Assembly: GCF_964204865.1 (NCBI RefSeq)
Contig: NC_135259.1
Location: forward strand, 16,244,001-16,308,000
Length of the DNA: 64,000 bases
Direction of reading: 5' to 3'
From: Styela clava
Lineage: Eukaryota
Position numbers and translations under genes: made by a program. The notes below the pieces were generated by a model, which did no database searches, was not told the DNA's origin, and saw only the letters and a list, made by a program, of their open reading frames with translations. Shown one piece after another: positions 52,001-64,000 of this stretch (positions within the stretch are counted from its first letter, which is position 1; the number at the start of each line of letters is the position of its first letter).

Positions 52001-55000
52001 ATTATCGCCTAACCCTAACCTGTTACCCATGTTACGTTCCGATGTCCGCCATCTTGGTTCGCATACTTCGGGAGCACCGTACTTTGCTACTTCAATAAGA
52101 AACATTTGTTGATAATTTCAGGGATACCATGACATCTGCATCACATTTCTATTAGTTTGCGGACAAAAGTTAACGTATAGGTTGATCAATAAATTGTCAA
52201 CTCATCATTTAAGGTTTGTACTAAAAAAGTGTTAACAATGTCAATTATGCAACTGTCACTTGATTATTTGTTTGGTATCTTTATAATATTGTTGGCAGAT
52301 ATGTTCTAAAGTGTTCAGCATGTTTAACATATATTAGTATTAGCAAACTGTATTTAGTATTGTTATCTAAATTTCAGTTCATCAGTCATACAAGGGCCGA
52401 TTAATTCACCATTCCAAATTCATTTGGCAGAAAAGTATTTTCTAATATTGATTAAAGTCGTAATTGGGCCGTGTTCAACAAAGAGATTTGCACAAATCAT
52501 TGCCTATTGATATGAATATGATATTGAAATGTAGAAAAAATAAGCATTGTCGTATTGTTTTTCCAAATTTTTTTAGGCTTCAAATGAAACCTATTTTTTT
52601 TGACTGTCAGTCGTCAAATTTTCAAAATTGAAGATAATTCAGTATTTTGGAAAACCAGTTTCCAATGTATTCAATTTCTATTGGACATTCCTATTTATGC
52701 ATATATTATATATACATCATAGAAAAGCGCTTTAATTTCTAAACATTGGTAAATATTTGTAAGCACACAACTAGCAAGTGAATTTTTTTATTGCTGTTAC
52801 TACCTTAACATTGAATTGTTGTTAGTTGGATCGAAAAAATTTGAAAAAACTTTCAAATCGATCCGTCTTGAAATCATTATCATATATCTTTGACTGTAAA
52901 TTGTTATGTTATATCTTCACTCCTCAGCATGTATCTGATAAGTTTCAGCTCAAAAAATGTTATAATTTAAGAATATAACATTGCTAACTGTTCAACTATT
53001 TCTTTTAATAATCCCACCAGAGATTTCATGGATCCTACTATGGACAAAACTCGACATATTTTAAATTATTTGATCCCAATTGTACGAAAGTCTAATGGTG
53101 AATTGGCAGACTATTTGGTTAGGTAAGTAGAAAGGTATTATTTATAAATCTACATACCCTGACCCTATATCTGATTCCATTTTTACATTAAAGAACTTGA
53201 CACTTGAATTGTAAACATATTGAATTACTATTTATTAAAAAAAATTTGCTTCTCATTGCACTTCTGATTACCCTGAGTGGGTTTGCTGGTACTAATACTG
53301 TGGAATGATTGTGTGCGAGAGGAGCATTGGACAGTTACGGCTTCCTTCACCATTAAATCTTTGCGTTCGAAGCAAGTATCTGGTAAATCATTCCCATACA
53401 TAACATGGATTGGTAGGATGAGATTTGTTGATTTACCATGATTAAGACTTTATATTGGATTTTCTCTCTACTAAGAAAAATAGGATAATCCTACCCTACA
53501 AATTGGGTGCATAGAGACACTGTCAAGCGAAGTTATATTGTGATTAAGAGCCATGTCATTCACATATTTCAGTATTTGCAACTGAACCTGTTCCATAACC
53601 TGCTAACATAATATTTATTTATTTCCAGAAGCGGAGTTGGAACAATTTTTGCACTAAGTTGGTTAATAACATGGTATGGACATGTACTTAGCAACTCGAA
53701 ACACACATTACGATTGTATGATTTCTTTCTTGCCTCCCATCCACTGATGCCTATATATTTAGCCGCGCAAGTAAGTTATTTACTCTGTGGTTGCTATTCA
53801 TTAGGGATTTCTATTAGCAGTAATGGTATTCAGTGGCTATTTACTATTTAAATTAGCCATGTTACACAAGCTTTGCCTATAAACTTGTAGCTGCTTTTTA
53901 GTGCCAGCTTGATTACTTTTATGATTGGATTATTATGATGTAGAAGTGGATTAATGGAAATATATAATCGGTGTAATAATTGTCTTAAGTTTAATCTGAT
54001 ATTCTGGTTATAGGGCAGACAATATTGATGGTCAAGGAATTCAGTCTCAAAATTCATTGTGTTTCTTAATGTTGTTTTTTAATGTCAGATAAACATGGGT
54101 GCCTAATTTTCTTTCAAATTTGCGGTTTATGGTTTGTGAAAAAGATTAAAGTTGGAACATATCATCATTTTGCGTTAAAAAAGTTTTCTTCAATCGATTC
54201 AATATTAAAAATTAGCAGTGAAGCAGAATTCTAGTGTACCAGTCTATACGAATATGAATTTTCTATTTGTACATCATCTCCAATTGACTTGCTTTTCCAC
54301 ATTGCTTGGTGAGGGAGGACAGTAATCCAGATAGGGAAATGTATTAGGATTTTGAACTTTTTAATAGAAAAGGCTCAATGCAATATCATGTGCACTCCCT
54401 CAAATGTGAAGGCGACTTATTTTTGAGCAAAGTCCTCACTAAAATGCCAAAGCCATAAAGTACACAAATTCAGGATGGTGTATCAAAAGACGATAAAGTG
54501 AGATTTAAAGCAGTTTATTACTTGGAAAGCACTTCTGTTGGTCAAATCAAATTATAAATTCATTTCAGATTGTATTGTATCGAAAGGAAGAGATTTTGAA
54601 ACAAGAATGTGATATGGCTCTCATGCATCATCTTCTATCAAACTTACCTCAGAATTTACCGTTTGAAGATATAATTGTGGCTGCCGTGGATTTATTTGCT
54701 CAATTTCCACCCGAATCTATCGCTAAGGATGCTGCACTGTATTATCATAAAAGGTTATTATCAGTTCATCTATGTTTATTACTTATATAGAACAATTTTG
54801 ATAGAAATAAATTCTGTGTAATTTTTTCAAAACTTGTTTTGTACTGTCTTTGCAACATTATGTCAATTTGCTAAGATATTCGAGATCCGATGAATGATAA
54901 CGGAAACCATGCTTAAATTAATGTGAATTTTTCGCTATTGAAATTTTAAAATTATGTTCTGATTCATTTTCACTTTCTCAAAACTACCTCATCTGTTTAA

Positions 55001-55698
55001 AATACTGTATATTGAACTACATTGGCTTTCTCTTTGTCTACTTCTGATCAGTATGTGGTCATTGCCACAAGTATGCTTAAATGAGATAGTATCAATGTGA
55101 TAAATTAGAATAGCATAATCTCTTTCCATAAAATTGCACATATATATTTGTGAGCGTTCATCAAGTCATAGTCGAACACCCAACTTCTTTGAACAAAATA
55201 AGATATCACTGCAAAGCTAACTTTGCCGTTGTAAAATCAACTCTAGTAAAAGCATTTCAAACTCCGACTCCACAGATCTGATAGCGCATAGTCATGGTGA
55301 TGATGATTTTAACTTTGACATTGATAAGTCTGTACGCAGAACCCTGATTGTACCGGAACTAAGCATGCCTATTAATTTAAGCATTTCAGGAAACTTCCAT
55401 TGTGAATTGAACATATTTTATTTTCTGCAGCTTGGCAATTACAAAATTTCGTGACTTTGAATTAGCTGGTTATCAACAGAGACCAGATTTCATTTTAAAA
55501 GAGAGAAAACTGAGACAACAAAATGAGTTCAGAAAGCTTTTAGCAACTAAAAGCTCTAAAATTACTGAAGGAAATAGAGGCAACCGTGCCAGAAGGTGGA
55601 CAATGTGGGCCATCAGTGGAGCATTGGGAGCAGCTGCAATTGCAATGACGAACGTTTCTTTAGAATGGGCAACTGAAGTTATCGGGTTTTTACCATAA
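49080..55698 (+). CDS. TBC1D20: TBC1 domain family member 20 (Rab1/Rab18 GAP), 9 exons
   Basis: Exons 49080-49217, 49594-49657, 50722-50796, 51487-51581, 52122-52213, 53021-53122, 53629-53770, 54569-54753, 55431-55698. Motifs GGLIQDEVRRKAWPKLL, QVLLDVNRS (Arg finger), LHYYQGYHDI (Gln finger), DFMDPTM, FALSWLITWYGH, plus a C-terminal hydrophobic anchor. Confidence 0.92.
49670..50118. mobile_element. Long-TIR MITE (GG...CC, 8-bp TSD) in TBC1D20 intron 2; partial copies at about 10970-11109 and 19839-19910
   Basis: GGGTCTCATGTAGTTTTGTACCT / AGGTACGAAACTCATAAGATCCC with roughly 120-bp inverted arms and a perfect TSD TTTATCTT. Confidence 0.85.
50320..50566. mobile_element. hAT-type MITE
   Basis: CAGTGGTTCACAA / TTGGGAACCGCTG with degenerate TSD GAGTATAC / TAGTAGAC. 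Confidence 0.75.
51842..52078. mobile_element. Merlin-like long-TIR MITE in TBC1D20 intron 4
   Basis: Near-perfect TIR of about 45 bp containing CAAGATGGCGG, internal GGTTAGGGTTAGG / CCTAACCCTAACC, perfect TSD GTACTTTG. Confidence 0.9.
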
Positions 55699-56334
55699 GA
55701 ATATTATTTTGGAAATGACCCAGCACACACGATTGGCTATCATTGATGCCATAATTTATGGACCCTAAGGCGCTTTTCGAATCCCTTTTTCCTTTAAAAA
55801 TCGATGCACCTAGTCCTAGTGTATGAATCAGGTATTGTTTCATTGCCTACGTTCAAAACCTGTACCGGTATTGCTTTGAAAACCATTGCATTTTATAGCC
55901 TGACGCTCAAAATTGCTACTCTTTAATATTTAATACCAAACTTATTGACATACTGGCCATATTGGGAAGAGCAGGGCTCTTGATTTTGAGATGTGGTATC
56001 TATGCATGTTTGAATGATATCAATTGTGGATTTCTACCATGGCATTACTCAAAATATACTTATTCGATTTTTGTTCTTTCAATTTTAGTTTTTAGTGATG
56101 TTCATTGAAATAATAATCATGACTTTCTTCAGTGTTTGTATAGCTTATATTTATTGGCGCTGCTTAGAAATCAATTATATTAAATTTTATTTATTTGTCC
56201 AATTCAGTGCTGTTAGAAAAACTTTAAATCTTATCTGCACCTGCCCTTCTCAACCCTAGAAAACAGTTTTGATTGATGTATCAGCAATAAAAATTCTCTA
56301 TATTTGTTCGAGAGCATGTACTTGTACATACATG

Positions 56335-56504
56335 CAGTGGTGGGATTTGAATTTTTTGTTAGCCGGTTCCTTCACAAAAGTCATATTTTTCAGCCGGTTC
56401 TGTTACAAACAGAACATTGACAGTAACCAGTAATGCTAAATGGTTCGCTGATCTCATAAAATTCCGTGAGACGGTTCTATAGAACCGGCTGAATCCCACT
56501 ACTG
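56335..56504. mobile_element. hAT-type MITE (family of 31406-31586)
   Basis: CAGTGGTGGGATT / AATCCCACTACTG ends; interior matches the 31406 copy. Confidence 0.85.
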
Positions 56505-57078
56505 CATGTCTATGTTCCATTTAGGCAAATGCACACAGTACTAACTACCGTTACTGTAAATGAATAAACTGTCATTTCTGCTATACAGATAAACTGTTTC
56601 ACTGTGATTTTGTGCAATTTAAAGTATTGTGTTTTGTCTGCTTGCAAATATCTTTTACTTTGAAATTTATCTTGTCCTCGTGATGTAACCACGACTCAGT
56701 CTATTTAGTAGTGAGCAACTGTATCGCTATTTGTTGGGTTGCTAAGCCGAAGGCTTGCCTAGCCCAGATTTGCAAAAAATAGTTCACTGCTCTAGTTACT
56801 TTTTTGTACATATGGCCGATGAAGTTTGGTTACATCTGTGATGGTTTAAAGATCAAATTTCAATGCTATTATTCAGCTGGTGATATATCGTTTTGATGTG
56901 TGATTTTCTTCGACGGATATTATATTGTGTTCTCAAATTGTTTGATGTACTGGCGCTTATTTCAAAAATGGTCAGATCGGTTGTAATCTGTAATCGTGGT
57001 ATCATGCGTAATATTAGTTTGATTTTTAGATACATTGCTGTTCAGGCAACTCGATTTTATCAATATGTTATGATGGCA

Positions 57079-57340
57079 GGATAGGATTTACAAATTTATC
57101 ACGGGGCTGTGAAAGGCCGGTAAGATGGCTTAATCATATCTCGAACGACGGCCTCTTTGTACCAGTTCATGTCGGTATGAGATTAGTTAACATTTTCAGA
57201 TGCATGGACTTCATGGCGAAGGAAGCTGCAACTGGTCAGCAATTGAATCGCTCATAATTATCCCCACGGGATGCGAACCCACGCGCGGTAATCAGAGGTG
57301 CGTAGCGAGCGTATTCCGAACACTTAGCACTATGCGCCAC
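57079..57340 (-). mobile_element. tRNA-derived SINE copy
   Basis: Reverse-complement homolog of 7719-7968 (GTGGCGCATAGTGCTAAGTGTTCGGAATACGCTCGC...GGTTCGCATCCC...GTAAATCCTATCC). Confidence 0.8.
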
Positions 57341-58533
57341 AACTTCGTGCTAATTTTCACGATATTGCAGGCAGATCAGCCTCCTTGGCAAGATTTTATC
57401 AATACAGTATCTTTAAACTCGATTGAAGATAGTCGCAGTTAGTATTGGCTGTATAAGTATTCATACTGTAACTTTGGAAATTTCGCAAGCGCTGCTTTCC
57501 AACATGAGGTGACATCTCAATAGCGCTTAATCGATCGAAAATGACCTCAAGCGCTCCATTAGCGTGTAAGATTTCACAGGCAATGTTGGGTGACAACGTT
57601 CCGTAATAAAATTGGTGAAATGGTGTTGTGGAAGGTTTTTATTAAAGGGAAAATAGATCATGGAGCCATAAACTCAATTCCGCTAGTTGAGGGTTTCGAC
57701 AAATAATTTGAATATATATATATCTTATTTCCAGAAGTTTGCGAGAGCATTTATTTCCTGTGTTAGCATTTCCCGTTCATTGAAGTCGAGGTATACGTTA
57801 GTGTTAAATTATCTCATTTCTGTCTAACTGGCACAATCGATTTCTCCACGAGTTTCGAGTCTTATCAATTATATTCGTCCGCCCATTGCCGAAGTTTTGT
57901 TGCCAGTCATATCAACAATGTCGTCATTCCTGTGTGGGTCACCGAGATAAGGTGGAGAGGAGAGTGGAAGTACGGTTAGAATGTCAGCAGCACAAGGGGA
58001 AAAGCCTTTCTGAGAACCAACCCCAAAAATATTTGAATAACTCAGTGATAATGATGTTGTAAAATATTAATGGTAGGAGATAGTAGCTTAATAATCTACA
58101 TTTTTATATATGCTAGATATGGGATTATAAAATCAAAATTCGATTTATCTACGGGAAAACATTTGTTGACACCCTTTACCTATTTTTGGTATATGTGGCT
58201 TGTTCCTGACATGCCTAGAATAGTCTTCTTCGAGTATCGATAAAATATTCCGGAATCTTACATGTTGACAGAATGTATGTTGTGTAACCGCATGGATTTC
58301 GGTCACTTGTTTTTGTTGCGAGAAACGCGCACTGCACGAGGTTTGTTGCTACGTAACTGATTTCCGATTGGGGAGCATAAGGTAGATTTGCGTATTGCAA
58401 AATTAACAATGGTTAATTCAGGTACGGTACCACATCTTTATGGCTGTATTTTAAATAGAAGATTGCCCGCGGCAATCCTGATGTAGTTTTAATTGTAATG
58501 TAAGATTACTCACAAGATTGATATCGACTAAGG

Positions 58534-58685
58534 CAGCGGTCCCCAAACTTCTTGTTCAGTATCAGGGAAAGCTGCTATTCCTTTAAACTCAATTTTGGTA
58601 ATGTGTACTAAATGCTTTTTGGAGTTTGTAAACATGTAGGCACAGGGAATTCAGGCAAAAGGTCAACTCTTCTTCCGCGCCCCTG
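58534..58685. mobile_element. Degenerate hAT-type MITE
   Basis: CAGCGGTCCCCAAACTT ... TTCCGCGCCCCTG ends; no clear TSD. Confidence 0.4.
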
Positions 58686-59688
58686 CCTGATTTTTCTTTG
58701 AAATGCTATAAATGATAAATATCACTCATGTTGGCTAAACTCGGTTCAGCAGATAAATATACTGCAGCTTGCGAAAATTGCAGCAAGTATTGCCTATCTA
58801 TATTGTCAAACTAAACAACATAAGAAGATGAATTCATTGATTCATATGCATTGTAATGGGTAGCGAGTATCAAAAAGAGTACTTATCCATGCTGAGAAGC
58901 CTATTCTTTCAGTAGAAAATGTTTCCATAAATCTATCGAAAGAAGTCTTGCCTCGGGTGGTTGTTCATCAGTATTAGTGCGTCCGTTTCGGTTGACTTGC
59001 TTGTCGTCGGGATCGAATTTTGACACAATTGATTTTTTTTGGACATTGCGTTCAATAGGAGTCACATTGTGTACTTAGAAAAGAAGGCGAACCTATATGA
59101 TAGGTCAGTTTATTCGGTAAATATCATAGCAATATCGTTTATATGACCTACTTCGTGACGCTGACAGCTGGTCTCACATAAGCAATATATTGCGAAGTTT
59201 GATACAGTATTTTACAGTACAGTGTTTTACTTTTCGATAAAAGCTTGTTGCAGTGTGTGTACATGCTCACCTGCACGGGGCAGCAGGAAGGCTTATTCAT
59301 CGCTATTCTAAAAACGCCATTTCGGCAATTCGGCTTTGTTGTTTTTATTTACGTACGTAAATCTTTCGAGTGTTAACCTATGTTAAGCCATTCATGAAGT
59401 AATCCGCAGATTCAGCATCTCTGCAAATGAATTATATATAATATATATTCGGTCTTGTTGGTCAAAGCGTAGAAATAGAAATTATGCATGTGACTTGAAA
59501 ATATAAAAGTATTCAAGCAGCGTATTGGATTACCGAATAATGTGCTTACTGGTACACTTCAGATCTTTGTTGTTACTGTGTCTACAGTGGAAGAGTCATT
59601 AGTCGAAATAAAGCTTTCTCAGAGAATTGTGTGTCTAATAATGTGAACATACTAGTATATAGTAAGACGTTTGAGTTAATCATTATTA

Positions 59689-59805
59689 GGCGCTCCGAAA
59701 GTATTCGTACCAAGGTAAGATGACGCACATCCTGAACAACCCTTACTAGTAAACATACTGTGTTCAGGTTGTGCGCCATCTTGGTACGGATACTTCAGGA
59801 GCAAC
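59689..59805. mobile_element. Short Merlin-like MITE copy
   Basis: GGCGCTCC...GGAGCAAC with TSD CATTATTA / CATTTTTA. Confidence 0.75.
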
Positions 59806-60310
59806 CATTTTTATACGTTCGTTCCACATCTTTTGGAATTAGTACAGAATGTTTTTATTGCCACAAGTGAAATTCGGTGCCACTTTGGAAGCCCTATAAT
59901 ATATCAGCGTCATAAACTCACTTGCTTAACGGTTTTGAGTGTGGAAGATAAAGCACTGACTGATCCATACGTTAGGCGCACGATCGATTTTTAAGTAAAT
60001 AAGAATTCAAAGTGCGCTCTATGGTCAGTGAAATACAGTAATTAGTTGCTTCACTACTTACGTCATTTACGCCGATTTACTCATCACAATACAGATTTAC
60101 CTAAAAGGTATAGCGCCATTTCGCTTATCGATGATAACATTTGACGACGAGAGAAAGTCGTGAAATGTAGCTAACTAAACGTAATTCTTTTTGTTTTCAT
60201 TGTAAATAGCATTGGCATTACTGTTAATATAGTCCTATAATTAATTACATATCATGTCCTTCGAGTAAGAGCACTTCAACGTTGTTTGTCTGCTCAAGGC
60301 CACAATTACG

Positions 60311-63300
60311 ATGATCGATTTCGGAGTAATTCTCGACCATGTCGGAGACTTTGGACGATATCAGGTGGCATTGTGCTGCATGGTGTTCTATCTTACCGTA
60401 TCTTGTGCAATGCATATACTCTCACCAGTGTTTTACGCTGCACCTATGGATTTCAGGTAAGGCGTCTTATTATTCCTTCCTTATATATATATATATATAG
60501 TTTGCAGTAGCCTACGGACTTGTAGGTTCTTGTTCAAAAAGTGTGCAATAACGTTTTACTTGTTTCAGGTGTCGCGTCCTATCAATTGAAAATCTAATTG
60601 TTAGCAAAAATGTTAGTGATGAATTCATAACAAATGCAACGTCGTATTTTAATCACGAGACTTCGAAGTATGACAGTTGCCAAAGGTAAGACATAAACAT
60701 TATGGAAATTGCAAAAATATTGTGGTTGCAACTTGCATGTATGTGAGTGTTAGAGTGTACGTTCTATATACTACATTGGGCGTATCTTAAACTTATGAAA
60801 CATAGTAGTATTTAGTAACACATTAGTATTTTATGTCTAGACTCTAGAATCAAGACATAATAATATATATAATAATATGTTTCCTAATAGTTGAATGCGT
60901 GATACTTCTAAACTTGCTGCAATTCTCCCGCGTTGCACACAGACTCGTGTCCTACATTGACCATAATAGTTCTTAAACGTATGAACATAGTTTATAATTT
61001 TCTAAATGCATGTTAGTCATTTTATTTCTAGAAACAAATTGCATGACATTTATTTTTTCTCTTCAGATTTGAGTCTGTACTTTTTTAAGTATTTGCAATT
61101 CTTACTCAATTCCTGGTTGTATTCAGGCTGCCGTTGAACCTCACATCATGCAATTTAACTATGGAATGTATTATGACAAATTCAACTCCAATTAGCTGTG
61201 TTGATGGCTACCATTATGATAGAACGGAGTTCACAGAGACTACTGTTTCGGAGGTAAGTTTGGTGGCCGCTTGAAATATATAGGTCATTGGTATTTAGTT
61301 TTGAAATACTTTTCAAGTTAACTGGTAAATTTTATTCGTTTCGCTATATTTTCCGAGTTTCTCACCTATTAGAAAATATTGGGTATTTTGTGATTGAAAT
61401 ATTTTCTGTCAACATCTTACGGTGGTACTATATGCGATCTCTGCTGCTGTGTTATCTCAGTGATTTTAGTTAGGTTTTGAACTGTGTTCTATGAAAATGT
61501 CTTCATTTTGATGCGTTAAATGTCATATAGTATATGAGATTAAACACGCGAAAGTGGCACCATTTTATGGGATTGAGATCATGCTAAGCAAGTGAAATCG
61601 CACACCAAACGGGCACCGATCTATTCTTAACATGCTTAAATAACCGATCGTGAACCTGCATAAGCTACCAATTCATTTGGCGTACTATTAATATCGATGT
61701 AATGGCTTCATTCAAGTACACAATATTTCAAATAAAAATCATATATTTGACAGATGTGACTAAAACCAAGAACTTCTCAATCCAGATATTATTGTATAAT
61801 TTTGCATAGATGTTAAATTGAATCAAGAAGAACCAGGCATTAATAGGAGAGTTTTGAATTTAGACAAAAATATTTATAAACTTTTTATGAGGTTGTTCCT
61901 CACAAATCGTATTTACCTTGTTTAGTGGAATTTAGTTTGCGACAGATACTTCCTCAATACCGTAGAACATTCAATATTCTTCGTTGGTGCAATGGCAGGA
62001 GGATTTGTAGCAGGATATCTAGCAGATAGGTAAGCAGCAGGTATGATTATTTAACCTTTCTGATCTAAATCTCCGCAGTTAGATCCCCACGTAGTGCCAT
62101 ATCACCGATGATTTTGACATATTACGGTCTTTATAAAGCAAGCTCAAAGTAATGAACACGGAGGTACAATAACTAACGCAGTACCGCCGTACCGGGGTGC
62201 TCCCGTAGTATGTGCACCAAGATGGCACACAACCTGAACATAGTATGTGTAATAGGTTAGGGTTCAGGCAGTGCGCCATCTTGGTGCACATACTACGGGT
62301 GTCCCAGTACCGGTAACCCATACGATTCACCCGAAAACGTGTCTAAGCATTGAGTTTGCAAAATCAGAATTAAAAAAGAATTAAAAAAGATCGTAAAATA
62401 TTCTTCCGAACTTGTTAGTTTCACAAATTCAATATATATATGTATATATATACATATATATTGGTGTCAGGAAAAGGTTATTATTTTTATATTATTATTA
62501 GGAGAAATACAAAGCACTTTGCAGAATAGCAACAATAGAAAATATGTGACTCAAATACGGTAAAAAAAACTTCACACTATTCAATTGCAGTAAAATTGCA
62601 CACACTAAACCACGTTATTTTACCAATTCGCTACAGCCATTTTTTGTGGTATGGTGTGAACCGGTTTGTCGACAACTGTATTGCTGTCTTAAAAACTAAA
62701 TATCTATATGTGTCTTGTATGCATATGTGTGTCTGTATTTTCTACTTTAAAAGACATCTTTGTTTCTTATTTGGTCTCGGGCACAGTATGCACAATTGTA
62801 CAACAAACGTTTTCATGATAAAAATCCAATTATTTCTAATTTGTTGACTGGCTAAAGTCGCGTTAATAACTCAAATGATATATATATAATAAAATTTTGA
62901 TTTACATTATTATATTATCCATACCTAATAGAATGTTGATTTGGCAATTCATTTTTAACGGCAATCATTTGTAATCCAGAATTGTATACATTAGTGAAAT
63001 ATATTTTACAGATTTGGAAGAAAACCAGCATTGATGTGTTGTTGCTTGGGAATTATAGTATTTGGTTCAATTGCATCTTTAGTCCCGTGGTTTCCTGCGT
63101 TTGTCGTTGCTCGCTTTTTTGTAGGAATGTGCGCCGTAGGACAGGATTTTTTAACGCAAGTTTATGGTGAGTTTGCGGTTTTTTAGTGTGACTCTAAAAA
63201 AATTGTCATTTACCGATATTTTGACATTTCCTCAACAAAGATTACGATCGTGTTTATCATTTTTGCGATTTTGCGAATGTATAATATGGCATCAAAGCTA

Positions 63301-63496
63301 TGATTAATAAATATAAATTTTTCTAGTTATTGAAATCACGGGAAGAAAACGTACCACTGCGTCAATACTCGGCCAGGTTGCGTTTGGAATCGGACTTTTT
63401 GTCAACTCCTTCATTTCTTACTTTGTTCGAAATTGGAGATATTTTTATTTGATGTTGTCGCTTTTCAACGTACCATACATCGTATTTCACTATCTT
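60311..63496 (+). CDS. SLC22-family (organic cation/anion) MFS transporter, 5' part; continues past the window
   Basis: Exons 60311-60456, 60569-60685, 61127-61253, 61926-62029, 63012-63166, 63327-63496. MIDFGVILDHVGDFGRYQ...CVDGYHYD...TTVSEWNLVCD...GYLADRFGRK...ARFFVG...EITG...YFVRNWR. Confidence 0.88.
62196..62305. mobile_element. Short Merlin-like MITE copy in an SLC22 intron
   Basis: TIR GGTGCTCCCGTAGTATGTGCACCAAGATGGC / GCCATCTTGGTGCACATACTACGGGTGTCCC with TSD CGTACCGG / AGTACCGG. Confidence 0.85.
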
Positions 63497-64000
63497 GTAA
63501 GTAACTTAGTTTAATAGAATTCATTTGATGAATATATTTGATATTATATATCAGTTTCTTACTAACTTCTGGCAATGGATATATGTTTCAAAATTTTAAG
63601 GTATTCAAATTACCGAATATATCATGCTACAAGATCGTACCGTAGTTTCTGCATGTGCAATTATTAGGTGAGATAATTCGAGTCGAACAGTAAATTATTC
63701 GAATCGGTTTAGACGAAAATTCCGAATCGCCGCCAGCTTGTTTTTTTTCGCCAAAGGTCGAGGTAAATTCCCCAATTCCTTTATTGAAGCCTTATTTTTA
63801 CAATGAAATTTTCACATATATATGAATATTTTTTGATAAAAAATGTTTTTTATTTTGTGTGAACTCTCAGCGAACTGTCTTGTTGGTGGATTCCATGAAC
63901 CAAGTAATTCATGTGTTGAAAGAACCTATTACAATAAAAAATGCAATTACACATCTAGGTATTCGAGGTTCGATTCGAAAAACACATTCGATTCTGAAAT

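Noticed and set aside
56850-58020. Minus-strand ORF fragments (e.g. SPNIACEILHANGALEVIFDRL) as a gene
   Set aside because: Short, interrupted by a SINE, with no recognisable domain or consistent exon chain. It could be decayed coding DNA but is unsupported.
21430-62330. Recurrent short ORFs (21430, 21433, 25173, 25226, 40988, 51908, 62079) as a small-protein family
   Set aside because: All overlap copies of the same MITE family, with inconsistent frames.
1-64000. CRISPR arrays, rRNA or prokaryotic operons
   Set aside because: No regularly spaced repeat-spacer arrays or rRNA-like sequence, and the genes have spliceosomal GT-AG introns.

Overview
AT-rich, intron-containing animal genomic DNA. 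Gene content, compact co-directional gene spacing and repeat types suggest an ascidian/tunicate-like invertebrate chordate (inference). Plus-strand genes: SLX9/FAM207A-like, intronless MnSOD (SOD2), 6-exon EXOSC6/MTR3, 6-exon ARL5, an intronless DsbA/FrnE-family thioredoxin-fold gene, 9-exon TBC1D20 and the 5' part of an SLC22 transporter. The minus strand has a tandem array of three secreted QPD-type C-type lectins with micro-exon linkers. The main finding is missed by the ORF track. The DsbA/FrnE gene starts at 47713 and carries an in-frame TGA at the first position of the redox motif (D-I-M-U-P-W-C), so it is a predicted selenoprotein. Its 3' UTR holds two homologous SECIS-type hairpins in tandem (48648-48724 and 48837-48911) with compensatory base changes. 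The second ends about 60 nt before a candidate trans-splice acceptor for TBC1D20, suggesting an operon. Intergenic and intronic DNA is rich in hAT MITEs, a GG...CC/8-bp-TSD (Merlin-like) MITE family carrying TTAGGG and YY1-like motifs, tRNA-derived SINEs and nested insertions. All gene models were assembled by eye, with no database searches.
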